From: Leucoraja erinacea
Taxonomy: Eukaryota
Assembly: GCF_028641065.1 (NCBI RefSeq)
Contig: NC_073407.1
Location: 18,290,001 to 18,354,000 of the forward strand
Direction: 5' to 3'
DNA length: 64,000 nucleotides
Shown here: piece after piece, positions 13,763 through 27,408 of the stretch
Layout: each line of letters opens with the position of its first letter
How positions within the stretch are numbered: the first letter of the stretch is position 1
Translations under genes and position numbers: made by a program
Notes under the pieces: model-generated
Told to the model about the DNA's origin: nothing
What the model saw: only the letters and a program-made list of their open reading frames with translations
Databases searched by the model: none

Positions 13763-13848
13763 ATGCCGGCGGGGAAAAGTTACAGGAAGAGGCGAGAGGA
13801 GGAGTCGGAGTCGGACGAAGAAGATGAGCAGAGGGTGGTGGAGGTCAG
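13763..13848 (+). CDS. C9orf78: C9orf78/TLS1 exon 1 (MPAGKSYRKRREEESESDEEDEQRVVEVR)
   Basis: ATG at 13763, GT donor at 13849; acidic N-terminus like human C9orf78; nine exons join into an 876-nt ORF (291 aa). Confidence 0.93.
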
Positions 13849-14013
13849 GTAGGAGCAGATACTCCGCTGGTCAACAGGAAAACAGTCCAGCCCGGGCTTT
13901 GGCTGAACCACTGATTAACGCAGGCAGGCTCCCTAGAATCAAATACACAGGACTAGATGTCAACTTATCGACACCTACAATAGGCCTTGATTTGAAGAAG
14001 GGTCGCGAGCCAA

Positions 14014-14160
14014 NNNNNNNNNNNNNNNNNNNNNNNNNNNNNNNNNNNNNNNNNNNNNNNNNNNNNNNNNNNNNNNNNNNNNNNNNNNNNNNNNNNNNNN
14101 NNNNNNNNNNNNNNNNNNNNNNNNNNNNNNNNNNNNNNNNNNNNNNNNNNNNNNNNNNNN
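14014..14160. other. Assembly gap (147 N) in C9orf78 intron 1
   Basis: Run of N flanked by oppositely oriented pLTR-type repeats. Confidence 0.99.
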
Positions 14161-14476
14161 GCTGGTGTAACTCAGCGGGCCGGGCAGCCTCTTCAGAGTC
14201 AGGGGAATGGGAAACTATATATATAATAGCTGGTGATTATAGAACAAACGAATGAAAGATATACAATGAGGCTAGTAACAGGTCATGTTTTTATCAGTTA
14301 TATTTCTTTTCTTTGCTTTCTCAAGTTTGATGGAGACATGGAGCCTCGGTCAATGATTCTGATTAACATGCAATCTATATAGCTATGCTTTCAAAACATT
14401 ATGTGCAGATCTTGATTTTTATTATTTATAACAACAGTGTTCCGAATCAGTTTTTGTAAATCTTCTTGTTTCCTAG

Positions 14477-14536
14477 GTCAAAACTAGACGAACTGAAGGA
14501 AATTCAGAGTTTAAGGAAGAGACAAAATGGAGTGAG
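14477..14536 (+). CDS. C9orf78: C9orf78 exon 2 (SKLDELKEIQSLRKRQNGVS)
   Basis: 60-nt AG/GT exon in phase; Q.LRKR.NGVS conserved. Confidence 0.95.
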
Positions 14537-15306
14537 GTAGGTGTGAAAAGAGCATGTGAGCATTACATACAAGGTGTGTGCACCAAATTACATGCCTGGT
14601 TTACAAATAAATTATTTTATTTGGTGGAGCCAGTGAAAATGGATTTGGGAGGTGCCGCGTCAGCTAGTTGTATCTGCCAATACAGTTCTTTTTTGGCGTG
14701 GTACCCAAAGGTGGGTGAGGTTTTAAATGTTAGTGACTGTAGTATGATTACATTTGAAATATTAAAAATTACAAATAATGAAGAACCCCAGAATAAATTA
14801 CTCAATTTTAACTGTTTGCTAAACCTTGGCAAAGTGGGCCTTTGTGGTTTGAAGGCGAGGAACTTCCTAAAAGGACAATGGATCAATGAGTATACATGTA
14901 AAGCCAATATCCCAAGTTTAAAGACTTGGCCTGAAGAAAGGACACAACCTGAAACGTCATCTGTCCATTCCCTCTACAGATGCTGCATGTCTGGCGGAAT
15001 TCCTCAAAATTTTAACATCTGCACTTCCTTTGTTTCCCATGAGTCTGTGCTATATAATAAAATAAAATTTTCAAGCCATTCATAAAAATAGGTGAAAATA
15101 GATATAATCTTTAAAGCAAATGTTACAAAATTAATACCGATTCCTACTCAAAGGCATATTTGGAACATTGTCTCTCTCTATCGCTATTCCTTTAAGTTGA
15201 TCTCTTTGACCAAGCTCTTGGTCATCTAATATTCCTGTGTCTGACTAATGCCAGATTTTGTAAAATGCCAGCCTGCCTTAAGTCAACTCTTTCTCTTTTG
15301 TCACAG

Positions 15307-15358
15307 TGCTGCCGCCCTGCTGGTTGGGGAACAAACACCGGAAGAAACTTCAAATGCG
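15307..15358 (+). CDS. C9orf78: C9orf78 exon 3 (AAALLVGEQTPEETSNA)
   Basis: 52-nt AG/GT exon; ALLVGE conserved. Confidence 0.93.
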
Positions 15359-16307
15359 GTGAGTTGTTGCGTTGTTTGTCAATGTCACTGCAGCTATATA
15401 GAGAAGGATCTATTTATTTAGAACACGAGGCAAAATATAAAGCATAATCCCTGGAGATTAATGCAGTTTAGTCAATGTTACCATAGATGCGGTGCCACAG
15501 TTATCGCTGTTATATAACCAGAGAGAACAACAGTAAGGCATTCATTCTATTGTCCCTTTCCAGCTCTTTGACAGTTATTCATCTAAATCCACCCATCATC
15601 TTCTGTCATTATTGTGTAAGTTTTACTCCAGGAAATAACTTGTAGACAGTAATTGCAGGTGAAATAGAACCAAAGGGTCTTAGTGCTCATGAATACATTT
15701 GTGTGCCAGAGTAACTGGCCAAGGGCAGATGCATCAAGACTTCATCGACTATTATACTTCCTTATTAGTAAATACATTGCCACACTTGTATGTACGCCTG
15801 GCAATAGGTCCACCTGAAGATTAATAGTTGCTCATGAGTTAGTCCACCAACTGCCTGGATGCCTTGGACAGGTACATAAATAGGAAAGATTTAGAGGGAT
15901 ATGGATCGAATGCGATCAGGTGAGACGTAGATGGGGCATCTTGGTTGGCATGGACAATTTGGGCCAAAGGGACTGTTTCCATGCGGTGTGACTGACTAAA
16001 GTGCAACAAATAAATGTTGTATAGGTTTCTTCCATCAAAATTCTACTCGGAACATGAATTTTCATCAATGTTTGCATTTTCCCTCCGGATCTTTCTTGGC
16101 ACTACTGTCATCCTCTTGTACAGCACAGGTGACTGTTTACATGATTAATGTGTATAAAAGCAAGTAGTGAATTCACTGAGATTGTTATAATTTGTCACTG
16201 AGCTGGGATGTTAACCTGACTGCTTTACCTGGGGGGGGGGAGAAAACTTGCAAGAGAATATTTTTGTTTGGCATCTGTTTTGCAGCATTTTTTTTCCTTT
16301 TGGATAG

Positions 16308-16378
16308 GATGACCCCTTTAAACTGAAGACGGGAGGTATGATTGATATGAAGATCCTGAAGGACCGAAAGCGAGAAAA
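16308..16378 (+). CDS. C9orf78: C9orf78 exon 4 (DDPFKLKTGGMIDMKILKDRKREK)
   Basis: 71-nt AG/GT exon; DDPF..KTGGM.DMK conserved. Confidence 0.95.
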
Positions 16379-17881
16379 GTGAGGAATCGGAAAAGCCATT
16401 TATTTGTTCATTTCATTATTATACACAATAATATAGCCCAGCCGTCAGCCTTTCAGCCCGTGCTGCTTCAACATGGTGTTTTTAAATAAAGCTATACTTG
16501 AGGCCCAAATAAAGCCTGTTGCAGCTTTTAGACTAAATAGCAATCATGTAACTATATGCTTTGTCACACCCACCAGTACGGTGCAGGTGGATTTATGCTG
16601 TTTCTGTGGTATAGAAGAATATGATGTAGCTTTACTGTTTTTATTTTCCATTCATTCACCCAAATGACAAAAATGCAAAGTACATAAAACAGAAGTTTTG
16701 TTCATTTAAGATGTATCTGAAAAAGGAACGAACTACATGGACTAAAACTCCTATAATCTGCTATCTGCATGTATGTAAATTACTATAGCCTAGCATTTGG
16801 CTCACCTGATTGTGTTTGCTGTACACCCTTTATACTGGCCAGGGTCCCATTTTGACACACTCCATTCAAACTTACCTGCTTCATTAGAAAAAATATCAAT
16901 TTACAGTGGCACGCCTTTTCTTGTAATGAAGGTGAATTAGAGAAATGTTGATGTACTAATAGGAGCAATACCCAACCGTCCAAAAAAATGTGCCAGTTCT
17001 GCACCACAGTGTCGAAGGTGCTGAATTATCGGAGTTTACTGAAATGTGAAGCACAGAGGGCAGTGAAGTATCTTAGTAGTATGAGGTGCCTTAGTATAAT
17101 TTAGACTTGACGCCTCTTTTCTCTCCTCCCCCTTCCCCACCACATCTCCTTGTACCTCCATTCAAAGAATGGTACCGCATGGGAACAGACCTTTCAGTCC
17201 AGGTCGAACATGACACCAAGTTAAAATGATCTCTCTCTTGCCTACATGTGATCCATTTCTTGCCATACCCTGCATATCCATATGTCTATCCAAAAGCCTC
17301 TTAAATGCTATTATTGTATCTACCTGCACCACAACCCTGGCAGTGCATTCCAGGCACCCACCAATATGAGTAAAATCAACTTGCCCTGCTTATCTCTCTT
17401 AACTTCTGCTCCTCTCACCTTAAACCTATGCCCCCTAGTCTTTGACATTTTCACCCTGGTGGGAAAAGGGCTCCATCTATCTTATCTAGCCCTCCCATAA
17501 TTTTTTATAACCTCTATCAGGTCTCCCCTCAGCCTCCAACACTCCAGAGAAAATAATCGAAGATTGTCCAACATGTCCTTATAGCTACTTTCCTGCCTTT
17601 AACCTGTCTGAAAGCACTTGGCCTATTTTCTGCATTCTTATACAACTTTGGGAAAGTGTTAAGAATGAAATGCAATCTGTCAGCCCTTGGTATCAATTGC
17701 AGGCATTGTGATGATCATTATAAACTCTTCAATCTTGCAATTGTGCCAATTGAGCCCAGAAGTGCCATTGAAGCAGAATATTGATTAATCTGTGTGGGAA
17801 GTAATTGTGCAACTGACCCTTTTACTGCAGTTACAATGTATTTGGTTCCTAGAAACTGACCTTTTATTTTCCCTTTTCCAG

Positions 17882-17962
17882 GATAGAGGAGGAAGACACA
17901 GACTTGAACTTGGGCACATCATTTTCGGTGGAGACCAATAGACGTGACGAGGATGCTGACAT
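17882..17962 (+). CDS. C9orf78: C9orf78 exon 5 (IEEEDTDLNLGTSFSVETNRRDEDADM)
   Basis: 81-nt AG/GT exon; LGTSFS.ETNRRDEDADM. Confidence 0.95.
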
Positions 17963-19085
17963 GTATGTTTGGCCTTACGTGGCACATTTTTGAAATGAAA
18001 AATAGCCTTTCCCCAAAAAACAAGAAACTATAGGTGTTTGTAATTTGAGATGAAAACAGAAAATGTGGGATCATCCTCCACTCTTTGGCTAGTGTTCTTT
18101 ATCCACTGTCTTGCAATTTATTTCAATTATTTATCTGGTTCCTTTTTGTAAATTAATATTCAATTTGCTTTCCCGCTCTTTAGTCAATGAATTCCAAATC
18201 AGAACTTTAAAAATTACTTTAAACAAAAACAAAACAACTTTTGATAGTTACCGTAAATCCTGCCCTCCCAAGTTATTGACGCTTTTCCTGGTGGAAATAC
18301 TTTTATTTTATTCACTACATCAAAACCAGTCATAATTTTACTTGTCTTCCTTTTTGAACTACATCTGCTGCATTGTTCCTCTGCCATATAAAGTCTGTGG
18401 TATCATCCTGGTAAATTTCTATGGCCGGGCATCCCATTTAATGTTAAAAATAAGGAGGACGGATACGTTGTTGCTATATTGATGTTTCTACTATGGGCAT
18501 TGGGGAATGCCAAAAGTAGATGGATCTAATTGCTGTTAAACTTCTAACACAGGACAGTAAGAATCTTAACCTGTCATTGCATACTAAGCACAACACAAAA
18601 TGCTACAGTACCTCAGCGGGTCAGGCAGCTCTGGTGGAGAGAAAGGAGAGATGAGGTTTCAAGTCACGACCCTTCTTCAGAATTATTGTCACGGGGGAGA
18701 AAGCTGGAAAATAGCTTTTGGGGGCAGAACAAAGCCTGGCAAATGATAGGTGGATACAGGGTTTAGGGCTGCGATTGGGTGGAGTAAATGAGTGAAAAGT
18801 CAATAAAAGGGCGTCAGATAAGGAGGAGTGAAATATAAAGACAATATTGGGGGAAGGGGGAAGATGAGGTAGGATAGTTGGAGAAATGATGGGGGTAGGA
18901 CACTGAGAGGGTGAGGGGGAATATTGCTTGAAATTGAAGAATTCAGTGTTGATACCTTTGGGTTGTCAGCTATTCGAGCAGTGTATGATGTGCTGTTGCT
19001 CCAGTTTGTGTTTGGCCTTCCTCTGGTAATGAAGGCAGCCCAGGACAGAAAGGTTGGATATATTGATCCCTTTGCTTCGTCTCAG

Positions 19086-19283
19086 GATGAAGTATATTGA
19101 GACGGAATTAAGGAGGAGGAAAGGAATCCTGGAAAATGAGGAACAGAAGACAAAGGTGAAAAATCCAGAAGATATGCTCTATGAACTGCCTGATAATATC
19201 AATGTTTCTTCTGCCAAGCGTACAGAAGAAATGCTATCCAATCAGATGCTAAGTGGCATTCCAGAGGTTGATCTGGGGATCGA
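19086..19283 (+). CDS. C9orf78: C9orf78 exon 6 (MKYIETELRRRKG...MLSGIPEVDLGID)
   Basis: 198-nt AG/GT exon; Hep_59 domain core. Confidence 0.97.
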
Positions 19284-20522
19284 GTAAGTGTTGAATCTTT
19301 CTTTTGTCCCAGTGAGAGCCATTTGAAATCTCCCTGAAAATCCTGGTTATCATGGTTCCTATTGCACAATACACTTCATCCAGAGAACTAGTCCATCTCA
19401 TTGGCCTACAAGCGTTAGCAGCGATAATCATAACAACAGATAATAAATTACAGAATTTATCTTGCTTTAGCCAAAATGTTTGAAAGAATGGATACATTTT
19501 GCCAATTATTTAACATGGTTAGATGCAATATATTGTAGATGCTCAATCATGTCCCATTGATGCAGAAATGTTTGGGTAGACCTTTCTTTGTCTTTAATTG
19601 AATCGATTGAAAAATGCAGCATGGAAACGGGCCCTTTGTCCTACCAAAACCATGCCGACCATCACTCATTCACACTAGTTCTATGCAATCCATATTCTCA
19701 TCCATCCACTTTCCATTGGGGGTAATTTACAGAGGCCAATTAACCTACAAACCAGCACGTCTTTTTGCTGTGGAAGGAAACCGGAGCACTCTGAGGAACC
19801 CCATGTGGTCATAGGGAGAACATGAAAACTTCACACAGAGGTTAGAATTGAACCCAGATCTATCTTTCTGTGAGGCTGCGCACTGTGCTGTACCTCTCAT
19901 TGTAACTGGGATGAATTGTACACTTTATTTGTGGTGTGTACTTCTCTTCATTCACTGCAGTCTTGTGGGGTGGGGGGGGGGGATCATTTTGAGGAATTCC
20001 TAAAGTTCTGTAATCCAGAATTCTTTTTAACAGGCATGGTTAGTCTCTTTTAAAAACAGACTTATTTCTGGACACCACCCTCCGTTCAGATGGTCTGTTC
20101 TACACTTCCCACTGTTTGAAAAATTGTTGGCTGAATTTCCATTTAGTTATATTCTTTCTCTGAAATGTGATCCTATGTTCTTTAATTTTGTACTTTTGCA
20201 AAAGTAAACATGATTTTCAGTTTATTTTTTAAAAAGGAAAAACAATTCAACAAACCAATGATGTGTATATGTTGATACATTGACTTTGCATTGCTGCATA
20301 AATAGGAACTTATTCAAGACCATGTATGCTCAGGAAGCCTGAATTTACTTGTCCAATTGCTTCACTATGTTTTCCCTCCGGTCCTGAAAATATTTTCATT
20401 TCAACTATTTATCCCTTTAGAAATTCCTTCAACCATTCTTTTAGACAGTGTGTGTCAGATTTTCATCTACTGCATGATATTGTTTTTCCTTAAATTGTAA
20501 TGTACTTCCTTTTATTTTTAAG

Positions 20523-20659
20523 TGCAAAAATAAAGAATATTATCAGCACTGAAGAGGCAAAAGCCCTGCTCTTGGCTGAACAACGCAACAAAAAGAAGGA
20601 TAACAGCACCTCCTTTGTACCCACGAATATTGCAGTCAACTATGTCCAGCATAACCGGT
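20523..20659 (+). CDS. C9orf78: C9orf78 exon 7 (AKIKNIISTEEAK...SFVPTNIAVNYVQHNR)
   Basis: 137-nt AG/GT exon in phase. Confidence 0.96.
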
Positions 20660-21984
20660 GTAAGTAAAACCTACTTAGTGACTAAAAGTGCTGGAGGAAT
20701 GCACCGAGCTGGACTGCATCTGTGGAGGGAATGGACAGACAACATTATGGTTTGGGATCCCACAGACTGCATTATAATATTGGGTATTGAGTGAGCGGGA
20801 GGCAGCGTGTTCGGAGAAAGAGGATAGAGTGGGTAAGCAAAATGAATAAGGCGAGACAGTTGCTGCCTAACCCACTGCATTCCTCCAGCACTTTGTTTTT
20901 AGCTTGAGATTTCAGCACCTGCAGTTTTTGTAGATGTAAAGTAAAAGCAAGAAGACTAACTATGTCAGAAACCTGAAATAAAGGGAATCTTAGTAGCCTG
21001 ACCAACAATCTCCTTGCCACCAATCAGTCAATTTTGTCTTGGGGATATTACTGTGTACACTCTCATTTTGCATTCAATGCAACTGCTCCACATCAAAGTT
21101 ATTACACCGTTTGAAATGCAGGATAAGCTATTGTTTGAATGCTAGCCTGCCACAACATCAGTTTAAATCCAAAAGTACCAACTATTTTGTCGGACTGAAT
21201 TTGTACATGGCCTTACATGTTAGTGACCCCTGAATGTATGGAATGATGCCTGTAATACCAGCCACACCCTCCGAATGCTCAGATATTCACTTAATGCAGT
21301 CATTGTATTATGAATTTTCAGATTCAAAGATATCCAAAAAGACCTGAGAGTAAATAGATTGTGTTCTTGTCTGTTAGGAGCTGATTGCACAGTAATTATT
21401 GGGTGATTATCCAGTTCTTGTCAGAGATTTCATTTTAAACACTTGTTAGCTTCCAAACCTGACCTATCTCAAGGACACATGCAATGCCCCTAAATGGTGC
21501 TGCCTTGTGTTTTTACTGCTGCTGAATAGTTTAATTCTCTTCGGGTCACCAGAGGAAATCCGAGGTACTTGGCTGCGTAGTTTTCTCTTTGTTTCGCTCT
21601 CTCCCGAGAGTTTACAATGGTGTGGAGAGAGAGAGAGGTTTTAAGTTAACAACGTTCCAGTCATCAGCTGTGAAAAGGACCTGATGGACCAACCTAACTT
21701 TTCATGCCTGCCAGTTTCCTAGGTCCTACATAACCAAGTGCAACCTCATGCAATTTGTATTTGTCAGTCAAAAAATAAGGATCTTGGCAGCAAAAAGTTG
21801 TTTTCTACACTGCAATGGGAACAAAATCAGTTTTCCGTTATTGGTCAATTGAGACATCTGGTTCTAAGGGCTGTTGCTGATACAATTTAATTCCATGTTC
21901 AATACAGGTTTTAAAACTGTATGCAGTTGTTTTGGCCAACTGTTATGGAACTGCTTTCAGCATTGCTGTTTTCTTCTCCTGTAG

Positions 21985-22083
21985 TCTACCGAGAGGAATT
22001 GCATGCACCTGCAAAACGCCATAAAGAGGAAGCCAAACCTCGGCCTTTGAGAGTGGGGGACACTGATAAACCGGAGCCTGAAC
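21985..22083 (+). CDS. C9orf78: C9orf78 exon 8 (FYREELHAPAKRHKEEAKPRPLRVGDTDKPEPE)
   Basis: 99-nt AG/GT exon in phase. Confidence 0.95.
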
Positions 22084-22822
22084 GTAAGTAACATCTGTCT
22101 TAGGAACAGCACAGCAATGGATTACAACAATAAAAGAGGGTTCGAATCATTCTAATGATTTGCAACTTAAAATCATGGTTAACTGCTCGTAATTACTTTG
22201 GGACTTGATCATGTGGAGCATGCTTTGTCACTTTCTGTGCTTTGCAGCCCTTCAGGATGGAAGTTCGAAGTTCTGTTAAAATAACATTTACACTAAAACA
22301 CTTATTATCTGTAGCTGTCTCCCTCATTAAAATCAATGTGGAAGAACAAATTCTCCACTGTAAATGACAAATGGGAACTGGTGCAACCCTCACTAGATTC
22401 CGAGTTCTCCAATATTGGAGTGCGGTAAATATGATTACAAACTGCTGACATTTCCAAGCAAAGCAAATGGTCTATTATTTACACCCAGATCTTTCAACCT
22501 TCAGTGATTTTAAAATTCCTTCTGAAATGTATTCTCTTGCATTGCATCTCACTGACAATCATTGCAAGTCCTACTTGATGTATGCTGAAATACAAATGGG
22601 TTTAACCAAACAATATTGTTTGTTTCTATTCTGAGCTTTTTCCACATTAAACGGCATGAGTCCTGTAAAGTACATCGCTTGAATGCTAATATTTATGCTA
22701 ATATTATGTTTTTAAATTTTAAACTCTCTTTTAAAGAGTGATTCTGTGTCGACTATATTGTCTTACATTTGGATCTGTGTCACAACAACAAAGCTATTAA
22801 AATGTTGCTCTTACATATGCAG

Positions 22823-22914
22823 AAACTCCTCCAAATCGTAAACGGCCTTCGAATGAAAAAGCAACAGATGACTATCATTATGAAAAGTTCAAGAAAATGA
22901 GCAGAAGATACTGA
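22823..22914 (+). CDS. C9orf78: C9orf78 exon 9, terminal (QTPPNRKRPSNEKATDDYHYEKFKKMSRRY*)
   Basis: AG acceptor, conserved KATDDYHYEKFKK, TGA at 22912-22914. Confidence 0.96.
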
Positions 22915-24135
22915 AGAGTGGCTCAAACTATTCCAGGTGTTTGTGTATTTTAAATGTCTTGTGGCAACGAAACTGCAGACCGAATCTGGAAAAGTGAACA
23001 GGAGTTTATCTTTCAAGAGTGAACCTATAATTCTATCCAATGTTTGTCAAAAAGATCTAAACCACAGAATATTTGTATAACGACCATACCACAACCACCC
23101 TGAGAAATGGTCACTCCATACTGTTCCGAACTATTTTCATTGCTTTGTATCTGAGTTGAATGGTGGTGAAAATGTATAGACTTAATAGGTGAGGGAGAAT
23201 TGGAGCACAATAACTTTATTTGACTAGCCTACTCCAGTTTGTTTGACAATTTCCTCACCTGAATTTTGTGTAAAACTTGAACTGCAGGAACGTGGTCATA
23301 CACAAATCATTAAAAAAACATGATTCCATTGGTTCCAGTGCTTCTGTTTGTAAATCTGAGTGATACATTAAAAGCAGCACTGTCCCATATAGTGTTCCAC
23401 AGTAACACTGCTGATGTAAGAGCTCATCTCTTAAAATAGGATTTGAATTCTTCTATTTTATCTTCTGCAAAACTAAAAATTTGCAAAGATTCTTTAGATT
23501 AAGTTACGGATTTTTTTGTTTTGTTTTTTTGGATTGTCTGTAGTGAATGTATCCAAGATAAATTTCTTGTTGAAAGATTTTCTATAAATGCTTTTCTAAA
23601 TTTAATTTGCTTGGCCTTTCTGCGTGCAATTGATACTGTATTTGAGAAATTGTGCTTTGCTCGTGAAGCTGCAATTTTAGGATAGATGTGAAGGCTTTGG
23701 AAAGACTGCAGAAAATCATTTCAGGGATGATGGATAGACTGGAGAAATTGGGATTGTTTTCTATGAAGGAAAGTAGGTTGCAAGGAGATCTTAATAGCAT
23801 TATTTACAAACCATAGGGAGGAAATACCATTTATTATGTTCTGGGAGCAGAATTTGCTCATTCGGCCCAAGTCTACTCTGCTATTCAATCATGGCTGATC
23901 TATCTTTTCTCTCACAACCCCATTCTTTTGCCTTCTCCCCATAACCCAAACACCATTCCTATTCAATAATCGTGTCAATCTCTGCCTTAAAAATATAGAT
24001 TGACAAGGCCTCCAAGTTGTTAATTATTCGAGTGTCTCAAATGGCTGACAAATTTTGAAATAGCTTGCAGGTCTGGTACATTTAATGTTTAAGTGGGTAA
24101 GGCATTTTTTTTAATGTATACTGTCTAGCGTCTCA

Positions 24136-25718
24136 GTACTCCACAATTTGAGAATTGTAATAGAAAAAAAATCACATGTGGTTAAAGTGCACATTCAGAT
24201 TTTAACAAAGGCCATTTTTATACATTTTGGTTTCACCATGTAGAAATGAGAGCAGTGTTTATACACAGTCCCCCTATTTCAGGGTACCATAATGTTTGGG
24301 ACACAGCAATCAAAGTAGTCATGTTTAGTATTTTGTTGCATATACTTTGCATGCAATGACTGTTTGTAGTCTGTGATTCATGGCCATCACCAGTTGCTGG
24401 GTGTCTTATCTGGTGCTGCTCTGCCAGGCCTGTATTGCAGCCAACTTTAGCTGATGCTTGTTTTGGGGGGTAGTCCCTTCAGCATATAAAAGGCATGCTC
24501 AATTGGGTTCAGATTGGGTGATTGACTTGGCCACTCAAGAATTGACCATTTTTTAGCTTTGAAAAACCCCATTGTGGCTTTAGCAGTATATTGGCTTGCT
24601 GTAGAATAAACTGCCAGCCAATTAGTTTTGAGGCATTTGTTTGAACTTGAGCAAATATGATGTGTCCATATACAGGTACTTCAGAATTAATTATGCTACT
24701 ACCATCAGCAGTTGTATAATCAATGAAGATAAGTGAGCCAGTTCCATCAGCCTTACATGCCCTGGCCATAACATTCCCACCACTGTTTCACAGATGAGGT
24801 GGTATGCTTTGGATCTTGGGCAGTTCCTTCTCACCTCCATACTTTATTCTTGCTATCACTCTGAAATAAGTTAATCTTCGTCTCATCTGTCCACAAGACC
24901 TTTTTCCAGAACTGTGGTTGCTCTTTTAAGGACTTCTTGGCAAACTGTAACCTGGTCATCCTATTTTGGCGGCTAACCAGTGGATTACATCTTGCAGTGT
25001 AGCCTCTATACTTCTGTTCATGAAGTCTTTTGCGGACAGTGTTCATTGACAAATCCACACCCGACTCCTGAAGAGTGTTTCTGATCCGTCAGACAGGTGT
25101 TTGGGGTTTGGGGATTTTGCTTTATTATAGAGAGAATTCTTCTGTCGTCAGCTGTGGAGGTCTTCCTTGGCCTGTCTGTCCCTTTGTGATTAGTAAGCTC
25201 ACCAGTGCGCTCTTTCTTCTTATTTATGTTCTAAACATTTTATTTTGGTAAGCCTGTTTGGCTGATATCTCTGACAGTTTTACTCTTGTTTCTCATTCTC
25301 ATAATGGCTTTTTAGACTTTCTTTGGCACAACTTTGGTCCTCATGTTGATAAATTCTCAAGGTGATGGAAAGATTCAGTGCTGAGAGCTCTCTTATACCT
25401 GCATTAAGGAGGCATTTAAACACACCTGAGCAATTCCAAACACCTGTGAAGCCATGTGTCCTAAGCACTATGGTGCCCTGAAATTTGGGGGGGGGGGAGA
25501 AGAGAGAGACTATGTATAAACACAGCTGTAATTTCTACATGGTGAAGCAAATGTATAAAAACACCCTTTAATAAAATCTGACAATGTGCACTGTAACATG
25601 TGATTTTTTTTTTTCTATTACAAATCTCAAATTGTGGAGTACAATTCTCTTACAAATCACAAATTGTGGCAAACAAATAAATGATGGGTCTTTGTCCTAA
25701 ACATTATGGAGGGCACTG
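24136..25718 (-). mobile_element. Decayed Tc1/mariner transposon (IR-DR type)
   Basis: About 220-bp TIRs, right end ...GAGGGCACTG|TA, left end truncated; transposase fragments WKKVLWTDETKINL and ILQQ on the minus strand. Confidence 0.9.
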
Positions 25719-26159
25719 TAGATTTCTAGTTTGTTTTAGAAGAAGCAACAAACAGATCCTGATTGACAAAGTGAAATCTGTAGCTAGATTTCAGTGTAGT
25801 AGTGCCGGATATAGTCTGTTCATTGAGAGTAGAACATTTTGCCTTCAAGTAAAGGCTACATCTTTAAAGGATTTAAACTGCCAATTGACAAAACGTTCGT
25901 GCCCACAATGTCAAATCATTGATGAAAACTGTCAGGCCTTAGAGATGTGGTCTGTTTCCATTCACCAACTGTAGAACACGGTGAAGGACAGTGGACACAC
26001 ATTGGGCGGTGGACAAGTACAAAACAAACTAGGTGAAGATGCAGACCAAATGCGTTTGCTCTTGGATAGGTCAGGGGAAAGCAGGAGCCAGACTCCAAGA
26101 ATGAGACTGCAACAGTAATAGCTGCAAGACTATCTCAAGAAGTATTAAAGGTGAAGCAT

Positions 26160-26590
26160 CCAGGACTTCATTAACTTCACCACTAATTTCCATTCTATAC
26201 TCAAATTCACTTGGACCATCTCTGACACCTCGTTCTGTGCACCCCTCTTGAACTATTAACTGTTGCCTGTTATAAACCCCACAACTATCTAGATCACACT
26301 TCTTCCCACCCTACTTCCTGCAAAGACTCTATCCTCCTACTCCCAATTCCTCTGTCTACGCTGCATCTGCGCCCAAGATGAGATTCCATTCCAGGACATC
26401 TGAGATGTCCTCATTCTTTAGGGAACAGGGGTTCCCCACTTCCATCATTGATGAGGCCCTCATACATGTCTCCTCGTTCCCCCTCATCTCTGCTGTTAGT
26501 TCCCGCCTTGTTATAACATGGATAGAGTCCCCCTAGTCCTTGCTTTTCATCCCATCAGCCGTCACACACAACACACAATCTTCCAACATC
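26160..26590 (+). mobile_element. Penelope-like RT C-terminal remnant
   Basis: Degenerate ...LKFTWTISD...SSHPTSCKDSI.YSQFL.LR.IC... ; paralogous to 38940-39605. Confidence 0.7.
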
Positions 26591-27408
26591 TCTGAAACAC
26601 GGTGGTGGGAGTGTTATGGCCTGGGTATGTATGGCTGCTGAAGGTACTGGCTCACTTTTCTTCATTGATGATACAACTGATGATGGTAGTAGTGTAGCGG
26701 CCCATAGTGGTGACCTTGTTAATATCGAACCCTCGCGATTGGCTGGCGCGGTCACATGAGCGTGGGAGCTTCCTTGCGGATTTTTTCTGTAACCGTTCAT
26801 TCAAGCGCCACACGAATAGAATACACATCGTTAAAATTTGGCTGTCTATCTTGACTCAGGTGACTACGTTGTTTGCGTTTCAAAATAAAGAATTTTTGCA
26901 CACCTTAACGTCTCGACTCGCCAAAGTAGAATAATGAATTCTGAAGTCTATCGACATAACCTGTCTGCTCAAGTTCAAACAAATGTCTCAAAACTCATTG
27001 GCCGGCGGTTCATTCTACAGCAACAAACTGAAGGGAACTAGCCCCCAGAACAAGGATAAGCTAAAGATGGCTGCAATACAGGCTTTGCAGAGCATCACCA
27101 GAGAAGATACCCAACAAATGGTGATGTCCATGAATCGCAGACTTCAAACAGCCACTGCATGCAAAGTATATGCAACAAAATACTAAACATTTACACAACA
27201 TTGCTGTGTCCCAAACATTTTGGTGTCCTGACATTTTGGTGAACTGACTATGTATAAGCAATGCTGTAATTTCTACATGGTGAACCCAAAATGTGTAAAA
27301 ATTGCCTTTATTAAAATGTGACAATGTGCACTTGAACCACATGTGATTTTTTTCTATTACAAATCTCAAATTGTGGAGTACAGAGGCAAATAAATAAATT
27401 ATGGGTCT
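26591..27408 (+). mobile_element. Tc1 3' half (copy A) interrupted by a solo LTR
   Basis: KHGGGSVMAWVCMAA and right-TIR sequence; 5' part deleted relative to the paralog at 39881. Confidence 0.85.
26693..26924 (+). mobile_element. Gypsy-type solo LTR with 5-bp TSD AGTAG
   Basis: Begins TGTAGCGG, contains AATAAA, flanked by AGTAG; the same LTR is followed by a PBS at 40820 and preceded by PPT and integrase at 61490. Confidence 0.85.

Noticed and set aside
14543-15085. 180-aa ORF in C9orf78 intron 2, and similar intronic ORFs such as 6328-6828 and 7170-7658
   Set aside because: No recognisable domains, overlap with repeats, non-ATG starts
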